A stretch of 55,882 nt of DNA, filler included, from Sphacelaria rigidula (taxonomy: Eukaryota): assembly GCA_964200075.2 (NCBI GenBank). It is 4 parts of 4 records of this genome, joined end to end, with 100 filler letters (N's around TTAATTAATTAA, not from the genome) between each part and the next. Parts side by side here need not be neighbours in the genome. Positions count along the whole stretch, not along the records: positions 1 to 13,896 come from CAXNAA020002600.1; positions 13,997 to 27,892 come from CAXNAA020002601.1; 2 more parts are not named here. One strand, written 5' to 3'. Shown in pieces: positions 11,001 through 22,528 of this stretch. Within the stretch, counting starts at the first letter, position 1; every line of letters starts with the position of its first letter. A program made the translations under genes and the position numbers. Under the pieces are notes generated by a model, which was not told the DNA's origin, made no database searches, and worked only from the letters and a program-made list of their open reading frames with translations.

Positions 11001-13717
11001 TGGATTTCGGGGTTCACAACAGCTGTTTTTTCACAAGGCAAATTGTGAATGCCAGTTCTGCGAACCCCAACATGCCCCCTCGTGCCTGTCCATAGGACAC
11101 CGGTGGCCACGAGCAACGTCTGTCGAGTTCTCGGCTAGACCGCTCTCGGAGAGTTATCTCCAAAGGTTGTGACATAAATACATGGGTAGTGCACTCGCTG
11201 GGATATTCATCATTTCGTTTTTCTTGGGTACGTCTATCATGAGACCACGGGTGGACTCCTGGGGGGTCAGTTAAAGTGCGACAATCAATCAATCAATCAA
11301 TCAATTGTGACACAGACGGTGCAGTTGGGATTGCTTTCATATATATTTCAGTATGGGACACAATCGGAACAGAAACAAGTGCACTGTCTGTGTATGTATC
11401 TTGTATATATACATATAACCAACTGCACCGTCTGTAGGTCACGGACGACTTATTTTTTTATTTTTTTAATATACATTTTAATATGGGACAATCGGAACAG
11501 AAAAAAGTGCACTATTTATGTATATATGTCATAACCTTTGGTTGCCTCTACATTTCGTGATGGTCTCAAGGCGATACGTACGTCCCAGACTAAAGGGGTT
11601 TCACACACAACACCATCGTAAGAGCCTTCCTCGATTCGCCGTCTGACCCCTATATCCGTGCAAGAGGTGCAAGGTTCTCCCGTCCGCATCGTCTCACTGT
11701 TGTGTGCCTCCACACTTCCCTGTCCGGCTCTCTCCAATTAGACTGCCCCGTCAAGGCCTAACGTCGACAGTATCCCTGCCCAAGGGATTTATGGGTGATA
11801 TTGCGCCCAAGGAAGGAAGGAAGGTGTCAATCGATTTCCAAGGACAATCACCGTATAACCTGAATTCCCTCGGGCGCGATCGATATGCCCCTGTACTTCC
11901 TCTGCCTCATAAATCTGCTCGGTCATGTTTGTATGGGCTCTTCAACGCGTCCCAGTTTGTCTTCGTTTTTTTTTTCCTATAAAATTCTGCGGCGTTTCTT
12001 ATTTCAAACCCTTTTTTTTTTTGACAAACAAGTGATTGCCGTTTTCCCCCATGCAGTAAAACCACCGGAGAAAGAGCAGTCGGCCCGAAAACAGCCGTAT
12101 TTCACACCTTCTCCGGGGGCAACACAACAATAAAAACCCAGAAAAATGACGACCAGAGCCAAGAACTCCTCGTTTCAGCTCACTTCTTGTACAGAGGCTA
12201 GCCACGTCTCGTCCTGATTAGCTTTTGTCTCGTGATCACTTCTGACCATTACGAAAGTGACAAGAATAGGTGGAATTTGGCTGTAGGGCCGCTTCTCATA
12301 GCCAGAAAACGGACTGTCTGAGAACTGCCCTTTTTGAGCCTTGCATGGCGGATTTTTGGCGGAATACGGGCCTTGGCGGATTGGGCCTCGTCTGAAAGAT
12401 TTGGTATCTTTTCCAAGAGTATTCTAGCGCACTTTCCCGATTTTTCGTACCCCCAGTTTTACTCTCAAGTATGCATGGTCCAGATGGACCACCCTCCTCG
12501 TGGTCAGGGTTAACACGGGTAGGTGGTATTAATCATCCACTGGAAATAAGTACCGATGGAAATAGGTATCGCTGAGTTGAGGTTAGTTCATCAGTCGGTA
12601 GGTATGGGAATTTCTCGTAAATTTTTATTTCGAATAACTCTAACTCTAACCCTAACCCCAACCCTCACCCCAAGCGAACGCATACCGAAAACCCTCGGGT
12701 AAAAGGGGTGCAAAGTTTTCCCGAGGCAAAGTGCGTGTTGCGAGACCTCAAACCGGCGCCGGTTCAGACAAAAACGTGTTCTGCGCACGCTAGGAGCACA
12801 GTCCTCATGAACCCTTATACCGCGAGGGTAGGTCACCTGCTGAATCGGCAACAATTTTCACTCGAAAAAAGTATGCGTCATCCACCTGGACTACCCGCAC
12901 CGCAGTCTAAGGGGTAAAGATACGGATTTCGGTGTATATTATAACTACCAAGTGGTGAACTCTACTGGGTGAGTCATACCGTATATCTCAGCCACTGGCA
13001 AAAATTTCCGCTGAGTTTCACCGTAAAGCTCAGCCAGTGGCAGAAGGTGCCGCTGACTTGTGCCATATACCTGGTAATTCACCCATCACAGGGGAAGTGG
13101 CTTCCGCTGAGTTATTTCGACATGACCTCACTCGAGTGTAGGTGAGTTGAGTTATCCCGCGTGTGAAAACAGCGCACCACTTTGGTGGGTCTGCATGCTG
13201 AAAACCCTTTTGTGAAGGCCTGTTGATTTCTGTTCCGAGACTTGACTATCTCGACAGTAGTCCCGCGAGTGTTCGGAGGATGTTTTTTGTTCTCATATTA
13301 CATGTATAATTTGTGCATGAGTATTAGCTCCTGTTGCTTGTTTTCGATCCACACACTCTCAACGGCTGAAGGGCTGACGCGATATAATTTTCCCTCGCCC
13401 GCACGAAATGTGAATATTTTTTTGCCAAAATATTTTGCGATCGCAGCGACTCCGCGGCGGAAGTGGCCCAAAGACAAGCACTGGAACTGAGGTGTCGAGC
13501 CTGGCAGACTGGTGGCGTAGCAGACGGCGACGTCGGGCTGAAAGACCCTGCTCCGTACAGCGACCAGTCGGTCCCCGAAACAACGACCACATTCCAGAAC
13601 ATCAAGAAGAGCAAGAAGGAGGTGGCTGCGGCCAAGAAAGCAGCGTTGCCGTGCCTGCGCAATCTGGCCAGTTATGTCTCCAACCAAGGGAGACAGGTGG
13701 ACGCCGAGATGGTGTTG
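8080..13717 (+). CDS. TPR-like repeat protein, spliced, 3'-incomplete
   Basis: join(8080..8297,9431..9634,13447..13717). Two GT-AG phase-2 junctions join in frame (LE|FAEADRVRK; CARD|DSAAEVAQRQALELR). Helical TPR-like segments are AKRLLKRCRYGEASCVFKE, ALEGLALCLSRQLEFAEADRV and LPCLRNLASYVSNQGRQVDAEMVL. The model ends at donor TTG|GTGAGT. The next exon is not established; one candidate phase-0 acceptor is near 19004. Confidence 0.65.
8520..8603. repeat. Degenerate (TACTG)n pentanucleotide microsatellite
   Basis: GTACTGTGCGGTGCTGTACTGTACTGTATGGTACTGTCCTGTGCTGTGCT. Confidence 0.75.
11177..11304 (+). mobile_element. 3' end of a non-LTR retroelement with (CAAT)n tail
   Basis: TTGGGTACGTCTATCATGA.ACCACG...CCTGGGGGGTCAGTT.AAGT..GACAATCAATCAATC is shared with 47745-47835. 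A possible TSD TTGTGACA(T/C)A lies at ~11167 and ~11305. Confidence 0.65.
12637..12900 (+). repeat. Dispersed element with telomere-like CCCTAA repeats, copy 1
   Basis: CTCTAACTCTAACCCTAACCCCAACCCTCACCCC followed by AACCCTCGGGTAAAAGGGGTGCAAAG...TTGCGAGACCTCAAA. Matches the reverse complement of 18095-18395. Confidence 0.65.
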
Positions 13718-13828
13718 GTGAGTGCCATGACGCGTTCCACAATCTTATGTGCAGTCCTTGCGCGGTTCAATCCCCATCGGCAACACCTGTACAATGCAGT
13801 ACCCCCCTCTCCCCCCTCCCCCCCCCCC

Positions 13829-14050
13829 TACGGCGAAACAGGACGGGGATAAGATATGTAAAAGGTTTTTGTGTAATGTATGGAAGAAACGTAATGNNNN
13901 NNNNNNNNNNNNNNNNNNNNNNNNNNNNNNNNNNNNNNNNTTAATTAATTAANNNNNNNNNNNNNNNNNNNNNNNNNNNNNNNNNNNNNNNNNNNNGGTC
14001 CTCCGCCCCAAAAGGGGGGTGGGGTCAATGGGCAAACACAAAAAGCAAAC

Positions 14051-14081
<31 letters not shown>

Positions 14082-14212
14082 GTCCCCCCGAGGATGCGAG
14101 GTCAATGGTCTTACGACTATGGCATGCATGATCATGAGTACACCCCCCCCTCCCCCCGAGGACAATGATCTCATGACTGCGGCATGCAAAATCATGAATG
14201 CACCTCCCACGC
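13829..14212 (+). mobile_element. Stacked 3' ends of the poly(C)-tailed LINE (subfamily A across the gap, then two subfamily B ends)
   Basis: 13829-13896 encodes TAKQDGDKICKRFLCNVWKKRN and matches 36112-36178. After the gap, three successive ...GG(T/A)CAATG... ends each terminate in a C tract. A C tract at 13802-13828 precedes the stack. Confidence 0.75.
13897..13996. other. Artificial contig linker (44 N + TTAATTAATTAA + 44 N)
   Basis: The identical 100-bp spacer, with stops in all six frames, also occurs at 27893-27992 and 41888-41987. Confidence 0.95.
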
Positions 14213-14681
14213 CCCGTATCGCGGTGGGATAGTATAGCTTCGTACACCCGATCAACTCATACGTTCCCATGCCTTTCTCTCCTCTGCTAGCCTCCTTGCG
14301 TGTATCGCAGACCGTCCCACTTGCACAGGCGCGGCGTTTACAGCACCAACGTCAGATCCGATGCCTGCCGGGATAGCGATACAGCGCAGGAACGATGTGC
14401 GCCACCTCCATATGATCGACGTGTGTAAGATGCTCGGTATCGAGATACAAGACCCCTTGGGATCAAGGTCGACGTCATTGAGGTGTATCAAGAAGCAACG
14501 CCTTGCACAGAAAAAAAAAGACGCGATGACGAGAGAAACCCAACGACATGACCTTCGTCGCGTGCCTCCTGTTGTTTCCAAGGAAACAAGGTTGGAACAA
14601 TAACACCAGAGGAAATACAAACCATGAGTGCCTAGACGTCCGCCCTTTTCCCCCACGCCCCACCCCACCCGTAGACCCTCA

Positions 14682-16471
14682 CCTATGTATTCCAGCTTGA
14701 GGACGACGAGAGTAGCGAGGTCGGCATGGCACGTGAAGATTGCGTTCATGTACTTGCCCTGATCGTCGTTCATTGAGTTGATATTTGAAGCGCAAGGGAA
14801 GAGGCGGGAGAGAGGGGGTAGCCATTTTTATCTTCTTAAGATGACGAACTGTCAAGAAACCCTCCTTCTGCTGCCGTCAAATGAAAGCGTCAGTGAGAGT
14901 GTAGCAACCACAGGAATCAGCTATAATACAATTTTCTCGGTCGTTTTGGTATGTGCTTCTCGGTAAGGAGCAATCCAAGCGCAAGCGAGGAAAATGGGAT
15001 TGAACGTGAACACTGTTTTCCTCAAATCTGGATTGAAAAAAATGTTGGCATGTTACTTGTGGCATTTCGGCTTCTGTAGTCTCAGACGCTACTTGATCGG
15101 TCGTCCGATGTCTTACGTTGAATGAAAGAAACGTTTCCAGCCGTCCGAACCTAATGGCAACTGCCAGCAAAGCTGCGATCATGATCTACCCGAGTTCACA
15201 GGCCGCATGAATCGCTCTGCGCATGACACGCCAGCGAACCTGAAGATCATGGATAGCATCAACACCGCCCCTGCAAATACGCCTCCCTCATCTCCTGCCT
15301 CCAACCTTGTCTCTAACCACCTTTGGCAAGGCTGCAAGAAGCGATTGAAAACCGGGGATCGTTTCAGGGATAACTTCTCTATTTGTTCATGAGGACGCGT
15401 GGTGTATAGTCCACCAGCGACAATGCCCGGTACCTGGGTGCGTCCTTTCCTTCCTCCCGCAACTGTCGTGACCTCGCGCAAGTTGCCGTCTAAGAATCGT
15501 GCTCCCTGAACATACTGTGTGACACGTAAGCAATCACCTCGAACACCCGTAGCACATGAAACAAAATAGTGAGGCTTCCAAATTCGTTCCCAGTTGTCGC
15601 CGTCAAGGTGCTACGTGCTCCTCACTTTACAGAAAAGGCAATCGTCTCACATCTAGACAAGAAGTCCACGTTGGGTATCCCTGGAGATATCCAGCATCAA
15701 GAAACTCCTTTATCATCGCGCGCACCATCGCCTGCGACCAAGCCAAGCGCAGGAAGAGGGACCAGGGGAGAACAGAACCCGAGATTTTCGCTGATACATA
15801 CGTGACTATCACCTGTTGTGCATCATCATAGAGATGTTTCAGACGAACCAGCTCTTCACCATGTAGTGACCACGTGTTGATAGGCGCAAAGTCAGCGAAA
15901 TTCGGGCACTTGTGCAACAGGTTCCAGAGCTACATTCAGCAAAACAACGCCCAATTATGGACACGGGTTTATCAGATCGCGTGTGGGAAGAACAAAAACG
16001 ATAATCCCTGAGGAGGGGGTCAGTTGGATTGCGGGTTCGGGCACTCGCTATCTTTCGTACATCCTCGTTCGACTGATGGCTGCGATAGCTCACCTCGACT
16101 TCGATCGTCACCTCTTCCTCTCTCTCCATCGCCTCGCAATGCTCCGCTTCCACACCGGACGGCAAGCCGTTGCTTCCAGCACCCCCAGCGCTAGGAGCAA
16201 CGGAAGGAGCAGACGTGTTTGCCTCATCTGCTGCCGCAGTCGCTGTGAAGGCGCTCGAGCGTATGGGTGACGTTTTCTGCAATGTTTCGGCCCCGAATTG
16301 TACCGTTGCCTGGCGGATGAGACGCGATCTAGGACCGCCGGTACTCGGTGTGCTTGGTTGTTGTTCGGAGTCGTTGTTGATTCTACTGCTGCTGGAGGCG
16401 GCGCCGAGAGACGGCCGGTGGCCATGGACTGGGGTCGGGCGCTCGGAAGCACCGATCTCTGCGTACCGCAT
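14682..16471 (-). pseudogene. Decayed ~1.8-kb coding-like region of unknown family
   Basis: A chain of adjacent or overlapping minus-strand ORFs (15839-16471, 15627-15917, 15179-15481, 14877-15182, 14682-14773) can be linked by frameshifts and stops. It has a low-complexity N-terminus and ends at a donor-like ATAG|GTGAGG. No recognisable domain. Confidence 0.35.
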
Positions 16472-18094
16472 ACAATTTTACAGCACCGACAAGTTGAGCG
16501 CAAACGGGACGCGGGTATTTGTGTACGGCTGCGCGGTAGTAGTTGATGGTAAGTAAGCAGGACTCAGGCAAAATAACTGTGTGTACCAAACTGACAGCTC
16601 TGTTCGCTGCAGGATCAGGCGATAGTTGAATGTTGCATGTTTTTCTTCGATATAGCAAATGGGGGAGAAATTGGGCGTTGACGTACCATACATGTGCCGC
16701 ACAAGTCTAATGTGCTCGGTTGTTTTAATCAATCGTAGATACTATGGACTAGTTTCCTGCCGCACAGTCACCAATCCGCGTTGAAGTCTGCCTTGGTCAC
16801 AAGACAGGTGCACCCAAGGTGAGCGCACGGACGAGCTTGCTGAATGACAATCGAGAGAAATGGCGGATAGAAAACGGGAAAAGTGCGAAGAAGGAAGAAA
16901 AAGCGTCGCCAGGCCAAGAATCAGTAACGGTCCCCAGAGGACCCCAACAGTCCCCTGCCTGGGCTTCAGGCAAGGAGGCCGTTCACAGTGCAAGGTCGTT
17001 GAAGTACGTCACGAGTCCGATACCTGGAGGTCATACTATTGGGGCAGGAGCTCCCAGTGACCACTTCTCCACAGGGGGGGGGGGGGGGGGTGCACACACA
17101 CTCATGCGGTTCATGCCTGCCGCACAATCACTCATGGGCGTGAGATACACTGATCTGGTACTTGTAGTCTTTCATCAGAACAGGCACGGCTGATAAGGAG
17201 GTGTGACTGTGCGCACTTCAGGTAGACGAAACTAAATTGAAAGTTGCTGTGCGTTGCGCTAGTACTGGTTATCGTATTGACATTCATCTCTCTCGAATTG
17301 AAACCGCAGCCTGAACACCAATGTCTTCATACACCACGAAAATCTGGACCTAGGGAACGAACACCAGCAACTACAATATACTCGCTGAGCAAGAATATCA
17401 GTGAACGAAGCAGATAGATGATGGATACTTCAGGGCTAGCTACCAATTCTGATTCTACGGTCCACGACAGTTTACCGAGTGGTGCTATTCAAATACCTAA
17501 ATACGTACAGTGTAAAATAGGTTGTAAGTACCCTCGTGGTTATAGTGTTTCGGAAACGTTTTTTTCTTGCCAGCGCAATGCTTGCCAGAGTATATATCAT
17601 GAAGTCGACACTTTCGACAACTTACACTTGGTCTCTCAGCATCTCGAGTGTCGCATGTGTTGTGTGGGAAATAAAAATAAAAACATCAAAACTGTCAACT
17701 TCATGAGGCATTCGCGAGGGAAAGTCATGACGACAAGGAAAACGAGTTTCTGAAACTTCCAAATAATATATATATATGTATATACAAGGTTCCCCTTCGG
17801 GTGGTTGGTACTAGCCTCCCAGGGGTGACGCAAGTCGAAAATATATCAGCGTTATTCCTTTTCTACGTTATAGAGGCATTTGTGTGGGAGAATATGCACC
17901 TTCCAGTAGATACTGTAAATTTCCACAGTTTCAATTGTCCCAGACCAAGAGTGGAGATCATCACAGGAAGAGGTGGGCACGTCCATAATGAAAAGCTCGC
18001 TTCACGGGCGGTGTGCGAAGGTGGAAAAAGCACCATCACGCACGAGACCCGTCACAGCACACATCGCAAGTGATTGCTACTGAACAAAAAGTGG

Positions 18095-18395
18095 CGTCGC
18101 GGTAGTACACGCGGCGAACTTGTGCAGGGTTCTCTACATGCCGGCCCCACCCCGCGCGCACGGATTTCGAATCACACTCGGTTAAAGAGATGTACGTAAA
18201 CAAGGATTGGTACTCGATTTTACTTGATTTCAGAATGAATGTACGTAAACAAGGATTGGTCCAAAATTGGCTCAAAGGCGTCAATTTGAGCTCTCGCAAC
18301 GCGCGTTTTACTTTAGAAACACTCTGCACCCCCCTTGCCCGAGGGTTCTCGATATGCCTTGGTCGGTGTTTGGGTTAGGGTTAGCGTTAGGGTTG
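18095..18395 (-). repeat. Dispersed element with telomere-like TTAGGG repeats, copy 2
   Basis: GGGTTAGGGTTAGCGTTAGGGTT at 18372-18394. The adjacent ~130 bp align with the reverse complement of 12640-12770. Confidence 0.65.
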
Positions 18396-18448
18396 GCGGC
18401 ATCTCCATAGTATCAACAATTGTTCACGTACATTTATTTAGGCCCCCT

Positions 18449-18543
18449 CTGTGAAGTACCTGCGTAGGGATGTATCTCTGTCACAAGGACATCTCTGCAA
18501 TCCCTGTCACAAGGACATCCATCCCTACGCCGGTACTTCACAG
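18449..18543. repeat. 95-bp hairpin with 24-bp arms
   Basis: CTGTGAAGTACCTGCGTAGGGATG pairs with CATCCCTACGCCGGTACTTCACAG (1 mismatch). The loop has CTGTCACAAGGACATC twice. Confidence 0.85.
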
Positions 18544-19811
18544 GTGCATCGTGCGAGTGAACTCTCTCTTACGAGTTGCATGATCACAGCGATTTCGGTA
18601 CCCCCTGCGCTGGTCCTCCACAACAGGTGACCCACAGTGGGGACGTTTGCCCACGGGTGCCTTGGTCAACCCGCCAACGGCTCACGGCACGGTCTTGTGT
18701 CAGGGCAATGATCAATAATTGTTTTCAACTGCTTTGCTCTCATGTTGTCGTGATATTCGCTGCAACACCGCTGTCATCGTGCTCCCAAATCGACGACAAT
18801 GCAAAGAAAATCACGGTGAAGACATACTCCGCCATGAACAGGCTTCTGTGGTTCCGGTTCCGGTGTGAACTTTTCCACGATCTTGAGGAGGCTTTTGTGG
18901 TTTGAGATCGACACCCCGCGGAAAAGAGCCAGTGTAGGCGACTTTCAATGGCCGGAACACGCGCCCGTGGTAATGTACCGCTGCTCCTTCTTCGTGCACT
19001 GCAGAAGAAAGCGCGTGATGATATGTCTTGCCGCCAGAGAAAACTCGGCAAGAGTGGTGAAAAATGCGAAATGAAACATGTACATATATCAACACCCCTT
19101 GGCATGCCGTGGGAGTTCGGTACTTACCACGCATAGCCAACAGTCCACCGGAGGTCGTCATGTTTACGCTAAATTCAAATGCGAGTATTTGCGAAGGTGG
19201 TACGTGGTCTTCGATGTATAGTAGTTAGCGTCTGACCTATTCATTTTGCAATTTCTTCGTAATCGGCGATTTTCTTAGGCTCTTTCGCTTGCCACCGCTC
19301 ATCACATTGGGATTCTGGAGATATTTGTACCCGCTCCATATTCCAAGAAAGAAAATCATATGTACTCAATACTGAGTGATTCACAGGCTGACCAGTCATC
19401 GGGGGTCCTGCCACGTTTCAGCCTAGATCCTGACTCGTCGGTATTTGACCGACCACCACAGTGATTCAACATAACCTAGACGGGTACGCTTGGGGCGCCG
19501 TTTTTAGTGACAACAAGTACGTTGTGAGCGTAGATTTTGATGACAGGTTCGCAAAAGCTCAAGTCGACCACATGTGATGATTACCACGTCCTGAGTCCGG
19601 AGCCCGTCACTGAAGACTGCGCGATGTTGCAGTACATCATCGCACACGTCGAGAAGATCGTTATCTGTGTCACCCGGGTTATGCAGGTGGAGCGTAACCA
19701 GGTTTGTGTACACGATTCGGATGACACAGTGCAACCAGTTACGAAACGGTTCCCGTGTTCTGGGTATCATCCACGATCATGAGGGAGGTTTCTTGTACAA
19801 GTCATGAGGGT

Positions 19812-20182
19812 GTGTTATGTGTATGTGTTGTCGTCCCATCTATTCCGGACGCCGGTCTACTACACCTTTCGGCATATGTGGGCGCTCCAGCCGGGGTCAC
19901 ACAGGAGGAAGGTCGACACAGGGGCTTTTTCTTTTTTATTTGTTTTCAATACCCCACCTTCCTTCTGCGGTGCTTGCCTTTAATTTGTATCGCGAGAGGG
20001 GTTCAGCAATCCCTTTCCCTCGTCGACCGTTAAGTCCAATTTTGTGTACCCACGACATAGTCGCTCTGCACTGTTGGGCATGGTGTGAAGAAAAATCCCA
20101 GATGACTCCGAGAATTAAACCCACGACCCAACCGTCAGAGGGTTTCGAGGTTACCAACTGAGCCACCGGGGCGACCGGCTAG
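19812..20182 (-). mobile_element. Full-length tRNA-derived SINE (~370 bp)
   Basis: Minus strand: A box TGGCTCAGTTGG (20165-20154), decayed B box (20122-20108), unique body and an (AC/ACAT)-type tail. Candidate TSD TGAGGGT at 19805-19811 and 20183-20189. Two partial copies lie at ~7 kb. Confidence 0.8.
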
Positions 20183-22528
20183 TGAGGGTATCACAGGTTT
20201 TTCTCGGCGTTGTGAGCACATCTGATTCTGATAACGCAAGTGTGTCTACGGAGGCGATATACCGCTTAAAAAGAGTGTACAAATCACGTATTGAAACCCT
20301 GCTACAAACAACTCTGGTCACGCAGATCACCGTCAAGCGAACTTGTACGAATCACACGAGTCATACAGATTGTCAATCAAGCCATATCTGTACAGAGCGA
20401 CCGTGCTTTTCAGGTCACCAGCCGGGAAATGTGTGTAGGTCAACAGTATCATACGGACATCACCTACATCACTCGCAGACCGCGAAGTTCATACGGATCA
20501 TCGTCGGGCGGGCTTGCGGCGGGAGCCACCCGTGCTTCATCAACGCCGATACTGTACACGTCGATGACTTTTCCCCCCGGAACGTTTTGTGATATGCTGG
20601 CCGAACAGCGTCATTATGTGCCAATTGAGTAAAGTACTATCTGTAGTGACCCTTTCTTTCCCAGCCGCACATGAGTGCGCACCCTCAACGAGGAAATACG
20701 AAGACAGTTGTCCATACTTCCGCTAGGACTACTGACCATGCGTTTCATCTACGCAAATCACCACCATTATTCCTTACCCCTACCGCTTCTTGTACCGAAG
20801 CGAAGAAATCCCACGATTTTACAAAAAACCATGCTCCTTGACGACGTTTAGCGCTAACAGCACACGAAAAAAAACTACCAGGTGAAGCAGGCCTCTACGG
20901 TGCAAAGGTCGAAAATGCGTCGAAGAACCCCAACCCATCTACAGCCTCCTCCGCCGACTCATCATCAATGTTGAATATCGAACGGCATGAAAAGTTCGAT
21001 ACGATTTAAAATATCGATGAAGAAACGTCGATATCAGTTCTTTTTTTCGATACTCGGGAAATGACGCGGTACGTATCGCGATCTTTTGGTAGGGACGGAG
21101 CTTGCAAGACCTGACGGTACTACAATGGCACAATAGCAGCCTAACGCGAAGTGGGTGCACGCCGGAGGGTATGAAGATACAGCAGCAGAAGTGTGTGAGT
21201 TGTTATTTGACACCATAGAAGCGGCGGCACACAACACGCGGTGCGATGCTTCTGTCTGACAAAAAATGTCCGCCATCGTGCAAGAGGCAAGAGAGAAAAG
21301 AGGTGGTTGATCACAACGCCAGGTGTGATATGTGATGCACAATGTGCTGTTCAAATCGGTGACATACGAAGTATATTTTGCGGCCACTATTCTGTCATGT
21401 GTCGATCGAATCAGAGTATTTACCTTGACTCTGCGAACGTAGAGCGAACGTCTGCGGAAAATCACACGAGTAATTGCGAAGGATGAGGAGATGATGACCT
21501 CGAGAAGCGAGCGCAGATGACAAGCGATCATACAGCAGAAAGATCAAGCCCATTCCTCCTGGATACAACAGTAGGTGACCCGATTTAATTCTTCAAGGTC
21601 ATGGTAATCTAAAGGCCACGTAACTTCCCTCGTCACACCTTCCACAGATTTGAGGACGATGTTCCTGGCTAAGCCGAAAGTGGCCTTGAATCAGATTGCT
21701 CCGCCCAGCGCCATCGCATAGTCGTCAGAACCCTGGGCACTCCACAGAGTTTTCCGCGCCACCAGGAAGGCATGCCAGGGTGACATTCGCGACTTTAAGG
21801 GGGTAGCACACGTCTATGTCGGACCGAGCTTTATTTGTGAAGGCATTTTTTCGAGTCTGGCATGTGTTGCTCTCATGTACAGTAGTACTGCGCTAATATT
21901 ACGGGTGCCTGCGAGGGTGCTGCGAGAGGGTATGGCCCGGTTTTGTTTTTGTTTTCCGTGTCTCTAACCGAGAGGATTGAGAGCGCATCAAGTCCTGCGG
22001 TAGAGGATGAGACAACACAACACCATGCGTGTTCGGAGCAGCACACTGCAATGATCCTATTCCCTGTCGACGGGAACAACACTTGCCGCTTGTATATCCT
22101 ATGTAAGGCCGATAACCCGATAAGGCCGATTCGTCCTCAAGTAGGGTGCCAAGTAAAACAGATACAAGTCATGTCCGATATAAGGCCTAAACGGCCCTAT
22201 ATCGGTTGAAAGCCACTATAGATTCAAGGGCGCCTTTCTCGGGATGGATCAGGGTGGCCTCGAACCGGGTCACCTACGGTCTCCGATTTTCAACACTGCT
22301 GTCTAGCCGTATTTCTCATTTTGATCATGGCATTCAACCATAGATGGCATGGGCACAATGAACGTGCTTTTTGCTCTGCTCGTAGTCTATGCCATCTGCC
22401 TGACACCTCATGTGTTACCAGCGTAGCTTCTCACGGTCACCAGGGTTGTTGTGGAGAATGAAGCAGAGACACCAGCAGCATGCAGTAGACTGTGCTCAGC
22501 GTTTCTTGCCGTTGTTTCAGGCGGAACC

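Noticed and set aside
8080-13717. Exon-shuffling NB-ARC-TPR immune receptor
   Set aside because: No NB-ARC/P-loop is seen, and the exons (218, 204, 271 nt) are not uniform one-repeat modules.
13941-13952. TTAATTAATTAA as a biological motif
   Set aside because: It is identical in three 100-bp N spacers and is an artificial six-frame-stop linker.
20100-20180. tRNA gene (also 7060-7125)
   Set aside because: A/B boxes are present but there is no complete cloverleaf, and the head continues into a repeated body and tail, so it is a SINE.
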